DNA from: Naegleria gruberi
Taxonomy: Eukaryota
Direction: 5' to 3' (one strand)
Assembly: GCA_000004985.1 (NCBI GenBank)
Contig: GG738933.1
Length of the DNA: 64,000 bases
Shown: piece after piece, positions 10,218 to 20,712 of the stretch
Layout of the letters: every line of letters begins with the position of its first letter
Position numbering within the stretch: the first letter of the stretch is position 1
Notes under the pieces: generated by a model
Told to the model about the DNA's origin: nothing
The model's database searches: none
What the model saw: only the letters and a program-made list of their open reading frames with translations
Translations under genes and position numbers: made by a program

Positions 10218-10922
10218 TTAATTGCAAAGTGAAAGAGAATTATCATTTTGAGAACAAGCACCAATCTTACCAATTTGTTGACTATCAAAATTAGTGCATT
10301 GTGGACTTATATTACGAGGAGCATACTTAATAGAGGAGAAATCAGTTGAGTTGCATCTATACATTTGTGTATATTCATACATGTCAAAGCAAGAGTCAGT
10401 TCTATAAGCAGAAGCACCAACTAACATGTCATTACCTGTTCTTCCACATTGATTATCCTTTGCATTCAAGTGGAGTTGATAATTCAATGTCCACAACAAT
10501 TTAATTCCATACTTTTCTGAATTGACCACAAAATCAGGCAATTTACCACATCCATACATTTCATTGAGTGAATTACATTGATACAATTCGTAGCTACTAT
10601 TGTCGACACAATCCTTGCAACCTTTCTTACATAAATTCTTAATGGTGGCTGTTTTAGAACTGCATTCATATTTGGCATAACCATATTCATAGCCAGTTCT
10701 TTCGAAACATGATCCATTTAGTGGTTGTGATGGATTCAATGGTGAGATAATCTTATTTAAACCAATTGATTGAATAGTTTCTGGTTGACAAGTGGATGAA
10801 CTGAATGAGATAGAGTAGAAGAAATCACCTTCTAGTTCTCTGATACGAGCACATGCACACATACATGCGCACAATAATAGAAATGCGAATGCAACTAATG
10901 TTCTCGGTTGAATTGACTTCAT
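10218..10922 (-). CDS. Secreted cysteine-rich protein, 234 aa.
   Basis: N-terminal signal peptide MKSIQPRTLVAFAFLLLCACMCACA; more than 20 Cys spaced throughout. Confidence 0.55.
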   Translation of the reverse strand: MKSIQPRTLVAFAFLLLCACMCACARIRELEGDFFYSISFSSSTCQPETIQSIGLNKIISPLNPSQPLNGSCFERTGYEYGYAKYECSSKTATIKNLCKKGCKDCVDNSSYELYQCNSLNEMYGCGKLPDFVVNSEKYGIKLLWTLNYQLHLNAKDNQCGRTGNDMLVGASAYRTDSCFDMYEYTQMYRCNSTDFSSIKYAPRNISPQCTNFDSQQIGKIGACSQNDNSLSLCN

Positions 10923-11106
10923 TTTTTTTGATGAGAGAATTAGTCCATTCGAAATCTATGGACTGTTTTTTTAGACCTGTTTTTTACTCCGTATGGGCTC
11001 CGAAACAATCTCCTGGAAGTAACTTACAATGAATTAATTAGTGTGAAAAAAGAAAGGATTCGGCATTCTGACCAATTTATTGCGCACCATCAATTTTGTT
11101 TACAAT

Positions 11107-11805
11107 TCATTCCACCACTTTGTAAACTTCGAAATCTTCAACTAGGAAATTGAATCCTCCAAAATATTGTCTCTTTTCATCAGGGACAATATTATTAGGG
11201 AATTCATCATCAAATACTTGATTAATCTCTCTCTGTGGTAATTTGCACTCTGGTAAAATGTAATCCTGGGTGGCATTGTGTGAACTAGAATAGGTAGATG
11301 TATTTGCATCACCACACACCCAAAAGCAATAACCAAATGCAAACAAATACAATGAGCTATATCTGTACAATGCATGAATATTGTGGTCATGCATTAATCT
11401 GAAAATATACAATGTGTTATCGTCAAATCTAAACGTAAATGATTCCTCATCCTTTACATTACTTCCTCTTTGATCAAGTTTCAAAGTTTCTTTCGTATAT
11501 CCTCCAAATAAATCTCCTCCTTTAGATTTAACAATAATTACAATTTTCCCCTGATCTTCGCAACGTTTACGAAATTCCACCTCTGAAAATCCATCCCTAC
11601 TCGCTCTAAATATTAATTTTGGACTTCGATGAGTCTTCAATTCTCCTCTAAATAATTGATAATATTGAGTGAAGGAAATCAATGGACTTTGAAATTTGGC
11701 ATCATTCCGATAGAAATTAGTGAGTGAACGTGATCCGATGTGATGATCTAGCTTGATCACGACCGATTCTCCGATTGGTTCTTCGTAAAAGTTTGATTTT
11801 TGCAT
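11107..11805 (-). CDS. TLDc-domain protein (Oxr1/NCOA7-like fold).
   Basis: LIFRASRDGFS...IVIIVKSKGGDLFGGYT...SFTF matches the TLDc core motifs. Confidence 0.7.
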   Translation of the reverse strand: MQKSNFYEEPIGESVVIKLDHHIGSRSLTNFYRNDAKFQSPLISFTQYYQLFRGELKTHRSPKLIFRASRDGFSEVEFRKRCEDQGKIVIIVKSKGGDLFGGYTKETLKLDQRGSNVKDEESFTFRFDDNTLYIFRLMHDHNIHALYRYSSLYLFAFGYCFWVCGDANTSTYSSSHNATQDYILPECKLPQREINQVFDDEFPNNIVPDEKRQYFGGFNFLVEDFEVYKVVE

Positions 11806-11941
11806 TTTTTTTTTAAAATTGTAAAAAAACTAAAAATACAACAAGTTCAAATTTCATAATAATTTTACAAAAAAGTTCATTTATTGAATTTTTGTAAACT
11901 TTAGGGAAGATAGATTGAATTTTTTAAATGATTTGTTTTAT

Positions 11942-14095
11942 TTAAGGATCTACGTTGGCAGATTTGAAAGAACCCAATAATGGAGATTCGACAAGTTTAG
12001 TTTCACTTAGTTTTCTTTCTAACATTCGAATTTTAGCTTGCATGTTTAGAATAGTTTTTCCACTTTCTCTATTTTCAACTGCCTTTCTCAAATCTTTAAG
12101 GAATGCAATTCTAAACTGTGCTGTCAGTGTCGAATTTGCAGATCCAACAAAAGTTGCAGATAATGGATCTTGAAGTTTCATATTTCTTACACGAATGTCA
12201 GCTCCCAAATCAATTAGTTTCGTACAAATATCCTTTCTTCCAAGTTGTGAAGCTACATGAAGTGGCGTATCACTACTCAAATTCTTTTGATTCATCATGA
12301 CATGAACATCCATAGACGAATCTTCTGACATGTACGAAATGGCTATTTCCAACATTTCAACTCTTCCATAACCAGAAATCCAATGCAACATGTTATTCTT
12401 GTTCTTATCTCTCAAATTGGCAAGTTTTTGTCTATCAGAATAGAAATGATTCAAAATCCATTCGAATATTTGATCACAACCTTGTTTGTTTCCAATAGTT
12501 CTGATGGCAAACCAAATTGGTTCGTTCATGGTGATGGTTGTGTTGGTGGATGGGAAGGTTGGTTTGAAATCATAGTTGGAAATGAGTGATCCCAAAAAGT
12601 CTAATGTCTTTCGGCTAGTTTCTTGCTTGTCAGTACACAATAACATGCACAAGGTCAGTAAATTGTGAACTTCTTCCCGATCTTCCTTTGCTGCACACGA
12701 TGTTGATGGACTTGAAACACCAAAACTTGAATCTAATCCATGTCTATTTCCAAATAAAGCCTTATTAACCATTGGATCAGATGCCTCAATTGAGCTACCA
12801 TTGGAAGATGACATTTTACAAGTGGCATTCATGTTAGCTCCTCGAGAAATCAAGAAGTGAGCAATATCAAAGTGACCTCTCAATATAGCCAAATGTAAAG
12901 CACTTGGAAAATCTCTACGTGATTGAGTTTCTGATTCTCTTGCTTCAACATCAACTTTGACTTCATCAATTAGATATTTGACAACATTGAATGCACCACC
13001 GAGAACTGCACTTGTCAATGGAGTATGATAATAATTATCCACATGAAGATTAACATCAATATTTGACTTTTCCAGCATTTTCTTGACGAGATGTAATCTG
13101 TTATATTTACAGGCATAGTTAATGAGAGAAACTCCTTGGTGGGTGATTCTGGCAAGTTGATCACCAGTGAGACCCATCTTGTCAAAGATGAAATCCATGC
13201 ACTTGTCGTTTAATTCTTGCTCCTTTTGGACAGTTTCGAATGATTTGGACGAAAGGGAATTATGAGGTGTACTTGTAATGATTAATTTGAACATTAACAA
13301 GTACATGTTCTTCTTACATCTTGGATCGAGATTTTCATGTTGGAGAGAAATGACACTAGATTCGTATTGAGTTTCGTATTCGTCTTGTAATCGAATAAGT
13401 TCTCTAAATAATTCTTCACTTTCATTGAAGAAACAGGCTGTGTGAATTGGTTGTAAACCTCTTGAATTGGTTCCAAAAAGGGATTTCTTGACAAGATCTT
13501 TGACTGATGGCATTTCTTCTGATTTGAGAGTTTCTAATTTTTGTAAAGATTCGATTAATGATTTGAGGATTTTAGATTCTGCATTTGGAGTTTCACAAAG
13601 CAAGTGAACAATATTACCATCATCAAGATAACTTGACAAGCCTTTGATCATTATTGGAAAACATGAATATTCTGTATAAATTTGCAAGTACTGATTATTC
13701 GAAAGGTAATACGAAAGTCCACTACAATCATTCTCATCAAAATAATCTCTCAGCCTCTCTGTCATCTTTTTGGTAACATATCTTTCATCCAAATTCAAAG
13801 CATACGAAGGATTAGTCTCCAAAAAAACATCAATCATCTGTTTGACAGTCTTATTAAACGAAAGGTTTGAATTCGGCAATTGTTCACCAGTTGTTGGATT
13901 AGTCTGACGTCTAACTAACCATTCTTCAATAGCCTCTCTTTCAAAAGTATCACCAAGAGCAGTGACAACTGGATCACACATTATTCTTCTCGTAATTGGA
14001 CAATATATCAAATCTTTGATTGGATTCGAATCTGTTTGTTGCTGACCAAGTGATGGACTATTCATTCCTAAAGCAGGGCTGTTGCGATTTGACAT
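11942..14095 (-). CDS. U-box E3 ligase-like protein with ankyrin repeats. The track start is GTG; the first ATG (MSNRNSP...) is at 14095.
   Basis: U-box signature DLIYCPITRRIMCDPVVTALGDTFEREAIEEWL. Several ankyrin repeats, for example TPLHVASQLGRKDICTKLIDLGADIRVRN. Confidence 0.75.
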   Translation of the reverse strand: MSNRNSPALGMNSPSLGQQQTDSNPIKDLIYCPITRRIMCDPVVTALGDTFEREAIEEWLVRRQTNPTTGEQLPNSNLSFNKTVKQMIDVFLETNPSYALNLDERYVTKKMTERLRDYFDENDCSGLSYYLSNNQYLQIYTEYSCFPIMIKGLSSYLDDGNIVHLLCETPNAESKILKSLIESLQKLETLKSEEMPSVKDLVKKSLFGTNSRGLQPIHTACFFNESEELFRELIRLQDEYETQYESSVISLQHENLDPRCKKNMYLLMFKLIITSTPHNSLSSKSFETVQKEQELNDKCMDFIFDKMGLTGDQLARITHQGVSLINYACKYNRLHLVKKMLEKSNIDVNLHVDNYYHTPLTSAVLGGAFNVVKYLIDEVKVDVEARESETQSRRDFPSALHLAILRGHFDIAHFLISRGANMNATCKMSSSNGSSIEASDPMVNKALFGNRHGLDSSFGVSSPSTSCAAKEDREEVHNLLTLCMLLCTDKQETSRKTLDFLGSLISNYDFKPTFPSTNTTITMNEPIWFAIRTIGNKQGCDQIFEWILNHFYSDRQKLANLRDKNKNNMLHWISGYGRVEMLEIAISYMSEDSSMDVHVMMNQKNLSSDTPLHVASQLGRKDICTKLIDLGADIRVRNMKLQDPLSATFVGSANSTLTAQFRIAFLKDLRKAVENRESGKTILNMQAKIRMLERKLSETKLVESPLLGSFKSANVDP

Positions 14096-14420
14096 TCTTT
14101 GTGTTGTTTTTTTTGTGTCGATTAATTTGATTAACAGCTGACAGTTCCTTACCACTCATTATTTATAACAAACACACAAACAGTTGCAGTTAGCATGAAA
14201 AACGCTCGATGATGTGCTTGTGCAAACAAGTTTAAGTGGCAAGTAGAAAATGTGATGGAGAATTGAGAAGGTTGCCCTTTAAGGCAATAACAATTTTGGC
14301 GGGAAAGTTTGATGTGAGGTGAAGTGTTTGCCTAGACAAAATGTATTGAGGTGCGTCGAGTTGTTTCTTGTTGATTTTAAAAGGCTTGTTAGAGGTGGGT
14401 ATCTATCAGAAATCAAAGAT

Positions 14421-14437
14421 GCGAATGAAAGAAAAAT
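14421..14437. repeat. Target-site duplication (left copy), GCGAATGAAAGAAAAAT.
   Basis: Identical 17-mer at 19850..19866; the flanks outside the 17-mers differ. Confidence 0.7.
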
Positions 14438-14470
14438 CTTTTAATGCATTTTGGCGAATCTATTCAGATT

Positions 14471-17400
14471 CTATTTCTCACTTCGTTTGTAAATAGGTTT
14501 TGAATCAATTTGATAAATAAGGAAGGCTCTTCCAATAAATTTGGAAATAGCAGCTTGGATCTCTGGCCATTTCTTTAAGACGTTATGGTTGGGGATCTTA
14601 TCTATATATTCATTCTCAAAAAAGGTTATGCCTGAGTGATGGAAATATAGCACATATGAGTATTGGAAAGGAATTTCTTGGATAGGGGAGAGTGAACACT
14701 CAGGTCTATCAAGTATTTCTGTTAATCTATTTTGACAATATCTTCTTTGATTGTCTAGTCTGGGGCATTCATGTATGTAATGTTCTAAATTTGAGGGACA
14801 ATTACAATCTGAGCAGGTTGGATTCAATTCATCTTTCTTCTGTGTATATTTGATATGAGAATTTGAAGCGTTTCGCCAAATTTGATATTTGGTTTTAGGT
14901 GACAGTCGTGACTTGAGGTAGGCTACATTAATTGATGACCAGCTTTGGTTTGGAATAAAGTTGGGATTACTATCAATTGCTTCGTGCATCTCCTTAAGTT
15001 GGCGATTTACAGTCATTCTTTTGCAATCAAAGATCACAATATCGTTTTTCATAAGTAAATATTGGTTGGTTAGTAAGGATTTGATATCAAAGATCTTATC
15101 TCTTTCAGTTCCATCTTTCGCAAGGCGATCTACTATTATATTTTCCTTATCTTCATGTCCTTTAACTTTGATTATATAAACTGAAATATTCTTTTCTTTT
15201 TGGATATTGAAAAATTCAGTTTTGAAAGGGAGAAAGTTTCCTTTGTATTTTCTGGATAGGACATCTATTGCAACTTTGCTATCTGTGTGTATTCTAGCGG
15301 TTGTTCCATTTGGAAGTAGTTTCATTGCAGTGATAATTGCTCCTATTTCTGCAACATTGTTAGAGTATTCATTATTGATACGGAGTGAAAGGCTTTTACA
15401 AGGTGATAACCTTCCACCGGATTCATATATATTAATACCCATACCTGTTTTACCTGCAAGCTTGGATCCGTCTGTATGGATAATAAAGCATCTATTGGTT
15501 TCATTCACTTTCTTTAATCTGAATTTGGTATGATTCTTTTTGAAATCTAAATTATATTTCTGAAGTATTGACATCCATTGAATGAAAATGTTATTACTAT
15601 TATCATTGGTATGACTAATTCCAAATTTAAAAGCTTTCTGAACTAACTTGTTATTGGAATTTGCTATTAAGGAGAGAGTTCTTAAATTAAGTCTGTCTGT
15701 AAATTCTTCAATTGAGGGAACACCGAGTCCACCTTCTTCTAATGGTAGGTGGAAAAAAGCTGTTTTGGTGGTTCTGTCTAGTTTTAACTTTGTTCTGAGT
15801 ACATTTCTAATGCAAATATCTATTCTTGATACCAGTGATGGAGGAATGACATTAAGTTTGGATAGATGTGTAAATAAACTAATCACTTTAGCATGAAGGA
15901 CTTGTCTTAAATTATGGGGTTGAAGTTTGAGTATTGGGAAATATTTCAGTGATTCATTGAATTTAGCTATCTTGCTTTCAATATCTTCTTTGACCAATTT
16001 ATCTTCCCAAGGGTAGTGTCCGAGAACTCTAAGATTTTTCTGAATGGGAATTGGCACTTGTTTGATTTTTGGTATGATTTTGCTTTTTGTGGGAAGGAGA
16101 GTGGCAATTGACTTTTTTGCATTTAATTTGAAAAGCAATTGAGATAACCAGTCGTCGATGTTATCTAGTCTTCCATTATAATTTGTGAATCTGTCGCATA
16201 CTATATTCATATCGTCAGCGAAACAACAAAGACCAATTTCGTTTGCATTCAATTCAGATGGTTCTATTGGTAGTTGCCATTGGTCTATTGCTTTGTCTAT
16301 TATGAGTTGTGTAATACAATCGTAAATAAGAGGTGCTAATGGGCAACCTTGAGGAATTCCTCGTGTTTTTGTGAAGTTATTTGATAGATGTTTGTCAATT
16401 TCTAATTGTAAACTGTGATTGCTGTATGCATTAATTATAAAATCAGTTAGTGGTGTTGGGAATTTACAATGATTAAGGGCCATCCTAATAACCGGCATCT
16501 CCACTGCGTCGTAGGCACCTTCAATGTCAAGGTTGACTAATATAAATGTTCTTCGTCTAGTTTTCAAGGCCAGGGAGGAAAGTACTATTCCATGGTTCAT
16601 TGTATTTCTATTATTTATGAAGGCCTGTTGTCTCATATTAATCTGAGAGCTAGCCCATTCACATAATTTGTGGGCGATTAAATTAAAAAGGATTCTATAA
16701 AATATTGGTAGTATTGTGATGGGTCTAATATCTCCTAATGTTTTAACTTCTCGCTTTGGAATCAGTTTAACCCAACCGTGTTTCCATTCTTGGGGGATAT
16801 CTCCTTGTGTTAAACATTTGTTAAACTCTTCAACTATTAAAGCTAATTTCTCTAATTTTAAGCCCTTGATGATATCTAATGAAATTTCGTCTTGTCCTGG
16901 TGTATTCGATTTCATTCTTTTAATGGTTTCTTTTACATCTCTATATGAAATCCGACCTATATCTCTAGGACCTGAAGTGATAGTGGATGGACTTGGCATA
17001 AAGGTTGGTGTTTGATTGGAGGTTGTAAACTTTTTGGAAAAATAATCTAAAATTTCTTGTTCTCCAAATGGCAATTCTTTCCAGATAATTTCTTTAGAAT
17101 GCAGTTTTCTATCAAATTGATACATGTGGGAGGCGTGACTATTGTTATATTTGTCAGTTAATTGTTCTTTGATTTCTTTACATGATTGGATGTGAGTCTC
17201 TTTAAGAATTGTTTGTAGTTCTGATATTTCATCAAGTCCAACATTTGGGTCTTCTAATTTACCCATAATCTTATTTTCTAATTTACGAATTTTACCTTTA
17301 AATATGGAGGAAATAATGCTACCACCAAGTCTGTCAACTTTGGTTCCATATTTTGCAATGTTGTTTTGTATTTCTGCATTTAATTCTTGAAATGTATTGG

Positions 17401-18199
17401 CATTTGACGTATTTATCTCTTTGATCATTTCTTCTCTTTTCTTCTTACCAATATATGATCTCCAATTTAAATGTGATTTGAATTCAATATCAATGTAAAA
17501 AGGGATGTGATCATTACTTGTGAGCGGTGGAAGGAGTTCTTCTTTGATAACCTTAATATCTTTAGACACGAAAATGTGGTCTAATCTTGAAGTGGTGATT
17601 CTATTCTGTTGTCTTCTAATGTAAGTCTTATTATTAGTCTTATATTCTGTTAGTTGGAGTAGATTAAATAGCCAGCACCATTCTTTATCTCTACCGTTTG
17701 AAGGATTAATGGTATTGATATTAAGATCTCCATTAATTATGACATGTTCATCTCTACATGTCAGTACTGCATTTGTTATACTGTTCATGGCTTCAACATC
17801 ATTTTCTTTATCATCAACTCTTCCACTAAGATATGGAGTGAAAATATTAATTGGTATACCTTTGCTTTCGAATCGTGTCCATTGAAGAACACCTGGAATT
17901 AGATTGATATTAGTAATATTTCTCTTGTGAGGGTTGTTAAGGAAGTGCATAACAGCCGTCCCTTTTTTTCCTTTCGTTGTATTCATTAAGGAGTTAAATA
18001 ATATATAGCCTGTTCCTGAATTTTTAACTTTATATTCTAGATCAGGAGTATTTAAATGAGTTTCGGTTAACGAAATCATGTGTATTTTATGATGAAGACA
18101 CATTGATTTCACTTCTGGTGTAACCGATTTCTTACTAGCATGTTTATACAGGCCGTTTACATTGTAACACGCTAGTCGTAAATTACTATAATTACTCAT
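14471..18199 (-). CDS. Retrotransposon ORF2: apurinic-like endonuclease, reverse transcriptase, RNase H and a C-terminal zinc finger.
   Basis: N-terminal LACYNVNGL...LTETHL...SRLDHIFVS (EEP/APE). RT motif GLCCFADDMNIVCD. RNase H IHTDGSKLAGKTGMGI...VAEIGAII...IHTDSKVAI. C-terminal CSDCNCPSNLEHYIHECP. Confidence 0.9.
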   Translation of the reverse strand: MSNYSNLRLACYNVNGLYKHASKKSVTPEVKSMCLHHKIHMISLTETHLNTPDLEYKVKNSGTGYILFNSLMNTTKGKKGTAVMHFLNNPHKRNITNINLIPGVLQWTRFESKGIPINIFTPYLSGRVDDKENDVEAMNSITNAVLTCRDEHVIINGDLNINTINPSNGRDKEWCWLFNLLQLTEYKTNNKTYIRRQQNRITTSRLDHIFVSKDIKVIKEELLPPLTSNDHIPFYIDIEFKSHLNWRSYIGKKKREEMIKEINTSNANTFQELNAEIQNNIAKYGTKVDRLGGSIISSIFKGKIRKLENKIMGKLEDPNVGLDEISELQTILKETHIQSCKEIKEQLTDKYNNSHASHMYQFDRKLHSKEIIWKELPFGEQEILDYFSKKFTTSNQTPTFMPSPSTITSGPRDIGRISYRDVKETIKRMKSNTPGQDEISLDIIKGLKLEKLALIVEEFNKCLTQGDIPQEWKHGWVKLIPKREVKTLGDIRPITILPIFYRILFNLIAHKLCEWASSQINMRQQAFINNRNTMNHGIVLSSLALKTRRRTFILVNLDIEGAYDAVEMPVIRMALNHCKFPTPLTDFIINAYSNHSLQLEIDKHLSNNFTKTRGIPQGCPLAPLIYDCITQLIIDKAIDQWQLPIEPSELNANEIGLCCFADDMNIVCDRFTNYNGRLDNIDDWLSQLLFKLNAKKSIATLLPTKSKIIPKIKQVPIPIQKNLRVLGHYPWEDKLVKEDIESKIAKFNESLKYFPILKLQPHNLRQVLHAKVISLFTHLSKLNVIPPSLVSRIDICIRNVLRTKLKLDRTTKTAFFHLPLEEGGLGVPSIEEFTDRLNLRTLSLIANSNNKLVQKAFKFGISHTNDNSNNIFIQWMSILQKYNLDFKKNHTKFRLKKVNETNRCFIIHTDGSKLAGKTGMGINIYESGGRLSPCKSLSLRINNEYSNNVAEIGAIITAMKLLPNGTTARIHTDSKVAIDVLSRKYKGNFLPFKTEFFNIQKEKNISVYIIKVKGHEDKENIIVDRLAKDGTERDKIFDIKSLLTNQYLLMKNDIVIFDCKRMTVNRQLKEMHEAIDSNPNFIPNQSWSSINVAYLKSRLSPKTKYQIWRNASNSHIKYTQKKDELNPTCSDCNCPSNLEHYIHECPRLDNQRRYCQNRLTEILDRPECSLSPIQEIPFQYSYVLYFHHSGITFFENEYIDKIPNHNVLKKWPEIQAAISKFIGRAFLIYQIDSKPIYKRSEK

Positions 18200-19836
18200 T
18201 TAGAAAGAGTACAAGATGATGAGCTTTTTGATTCTTCATCATCTTGCATAATAGAATTATTAGTACTATTATTTATATAATGGGAGATTTTGTCAATAAG
18301 TTCCATTGTATCAGCTAATGCTTTCTTAAAATCACGCAGTTCAGTTTCAATATTAGATAGTCTAGTTTCAAATAGATTGGTTGTTGTATTAATAGTAGGA
18401 GTAACTACAGAATTAGTGGTTGAACTGGTATTATCGTTAGATTGTATAGGATTGATCATAGGATTAGTTACTTCCGGTAATTTAGAGTTAGTTAGAAATG
18501 GATATTGTTTTTGTTTTCTTTCAATTATTTCATCTAATTGTTTAATAGATGGTACGAAACAGTAACTGGTTCCATCAGTAATGTTTTGTTTGGTATTGAG
18601 AACAATTTTCTTGTCAATAAATAGATTCATTTCGTCAATATTTGAATGGACGACTTTACATAATTTAAAGGTAGTGGTATTGGATTTGTTTTTGGATTCA
18701 GTTATCATGCATTGGTTAGTATTGAAATCTTTTTTAATGCGTTCGTATACACGAGTAACACCATCGATGATTTCCTTGTTTGTAAAGGTAGGTGGAAATA
18801 AACATTCTGAAACATTAGTAGGAGTTTCATTACGCAATTGTTCAACAGATTTGTAATTAGTTAAATTAAGCTTCTTTCTAATAACTTCGCACACATCTTC
18901 GTTTTCGTATGAAACTCTAATTATATATTTACCATGTGATTGGTTTGTATACATTTGGGAGATAAGTATAGTATTATCGTTATTAACTGAGTGTTTGATT
19001 AGTGATTTAATCATATCAATGTGTTGTGAATATATGTGTGTAGAGTGAGTTAGAGCGTACAAGCTATGCTCGAATACAGCAGGTGATGGGAAGAATTTCA
19101 ATATTAAATCATTGTGTACACTATCAAGCATATCTTTGCAAAGAATATAATTGTCATTACTATTGCAATGAAGATTAATGACATTACTAGTTTGGGGTCT
19201 TATTTTAATGGTGGCAAATTCCCCAAAGATGTCCATAATTTGTTCCATGAATTTGTTATTAATTCTTTCATAGCAGATAATATTAAGTGAATGTGTCAAA
19301 TCGAATTTCTTATTTTGCTTGACTGGTTTTTTACCATAGAATGAAATTGAGCGTTTCATTTTGATTTGTTTTGCTATAGTTTGTTTGATACTTGGTTGAG
19401 CTTTTATAGGGTGATACTTCACCATATCCAAATATGGAGTAAGTTGTAGTTTGGTATTTTGCTCAATAGGGTTCTTACTACATTCATATTTTGGTTTAAT
19501 ATTACTAGTAATGGAATGAATTTGTTGATTTCTATTTTGGGGAGTTGACTTAATATTTTGGATTTCTGAAGTAGGTTTTTTAAATGAATCAGTAGAAATG
19601 TTAGTGGTAGAAGTATCTTCTTGATTAATATTATCAACTTTAACCTTTACATCTTTGTCTTGTACAAACTCGGATTTAAACATTATTTTGTCGTAAATCT
19701 TTTGCATAGTTTCCATGTATTTTTGAAGACGAATATTTTCAATCCGATATGAATCGACTGCTTGTTCTAACACAAGAATCCTGTTAGTCAGCTGCAGACA
19801 ATTTATTGGATCAGGAGGGCGGTCATGTAAAGGCAT
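18196..19836 (-). CDS. Retrotransposon ORF1, 546 aa, with an N-terminal coiled coil. Its stop overlaps the ORF2 start (ATGA).
   Basis: ATG at 19836..19834. Plus-strand tcat at 18196..18199 reads ATGA on the minus strand, giving ORF1's TGA over ORF2's ATG. Confidence 0.8.
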   Translation of the reverse strand: MPLHDRPPDPINCLQLTNRILVLEQAVDSYRIENIRLQKYMETMQKIYDKIMFKSEFVQDKDVKVKVDNINQEDTSTTNISTDSFKKPTSEIQNIKSTPQNRNQQIHSITSNIKPKYECSKNPIEQNTKLQLTPYLDMVKYHPIKAQPSIKQTIAKQIKMKRSISFYGKKPVKQNKKFDLTHSLNIICYERINNKFMEQIMDIFGEFATIKIRPQTSNVINLHCNSNDNYILCKDMLDSVHNDLILKFFPSPAVFEHSLYALTHSTHIYSQHIDMIKSLIKHSVNNDNTILISQMYTNQSHGKYIIRVSYENEDVCEVIRKKLNLTNYKSVEQLRNETPTNVSECLFPPTFTNKEIIDGVTRVYERIKKDFNTNQCMITESKNKSNTTTFKLCKVVHSNIDEMNLFIDKKIVLNTKQNITDGTSYCFVPSIKQLDEIIERKQKQYPFLTNSKLPEVTNPMINPIQSNDNTSSTTNSVVTPTINTTTNLFETRLSNIETELRDFKKALADTMELIDKISHYINNSTNNSIMQDDEESKSSSSCTLSK

Positions 19837-19849
19837 TTTTTTAAAAGTC

Positions 19850-19866
19850 GCGAATGAAAGAAAAAT
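19850..19866. repeat. Target-site duplication (right copy), GCGAATGAAAGAAAAAT.
   Basis: Identical to 14421..14437. Confidence 0.7.
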
Positions 19867-20712
19867 GATTGGAGGATAAAGTTTACAATATTTGAGGTAA
19901 TTTCAATGTTGTTGAAAGGGATCAAAAATAAGTATTTGGAGGTGATTTTGCTCCTATTGAAAAAGAGTGTTTACTTCCTGTTAAAAAAGAGTTTATTCCA
20001 ATTAGTGTTACTTATTAAAAAAATGTTTAATGAAACAATTGTTTCCTGTCACCTTAATCGCTCATCTTGCTCTTGCTGTCAAGATCATTAAAATTATAAT
20101 TTAGTGGTTGTGAAACAGCTACCATCCTCCTATTTATACTAGAATCTGCCTTGTGTATGTTCATGCTCTTTTAAGAACTTTTTTAAACAACGTGAATGAT
20201 CTAAACTTGAACAGAACTTTTTAAGATTTGTTTCAAATCAAATTACTCTTAATATTTAAAGCCCAAAAGCAATGGTTGTATATTGAAAGTTCAAAAATGT
20301 CTTTTAATATTACCGTTACAATCAACAATTTAATGAAAATTGTAAACCAAGTCCGTCAAGTTCCCAATCAATTTTACCAAAAAAGATGCCGAAGAGATCA
20401 AACCGACAAATTCATAAAAAAATCAAAAAAATTATCTCCACTCAATCAACCCACCCACCAACCTATCTTTTTTAATATTAACCTAACTTGCTCTCATAAA
20501 TACAGAATTTGAGAAAATATATTATTCGGTTAGGAAAGAAGATTATATATTGTACTATTATAAATATTATTGAAGCTCTATTATACTAACTTGCATATAT
20601 TGGGATTTATTGTTCGATCTAAATAGACACATATAATTCCTATCAAATATAATACAAAGGTTTAAATATATTGTAACATACCATTTAAGAAATATTGAAT
20701 ACTATTTAGAAA

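Larger units (their letters stand above)
14438..19849 (-). mobile_element. Full-length non-LTR (LINE-like) retrotransposon, about 5.4 kb. ORF1 and ORF2 are intact and overlap by ATGA. The 5' UTR is about 13 nt, the 3' UTR about 33 nt, and there is no long poly(A) tail.
   Basis: ORF2 carries APE, RT (FADD), RNase H and a C-terminal Cys/His finger. ORF1 is coiled-coil-rich and lacks a CCHC knuckle. The element is bounded by perfect 17-bp direct repeats. Confidence 0.85.

Noticed and set aside
20228-20512. 94-aa ORF in the intergenic region downstream of the retrotransposon insertion
   Set aside because: No domain, and an A/T homopolymer-rich context.
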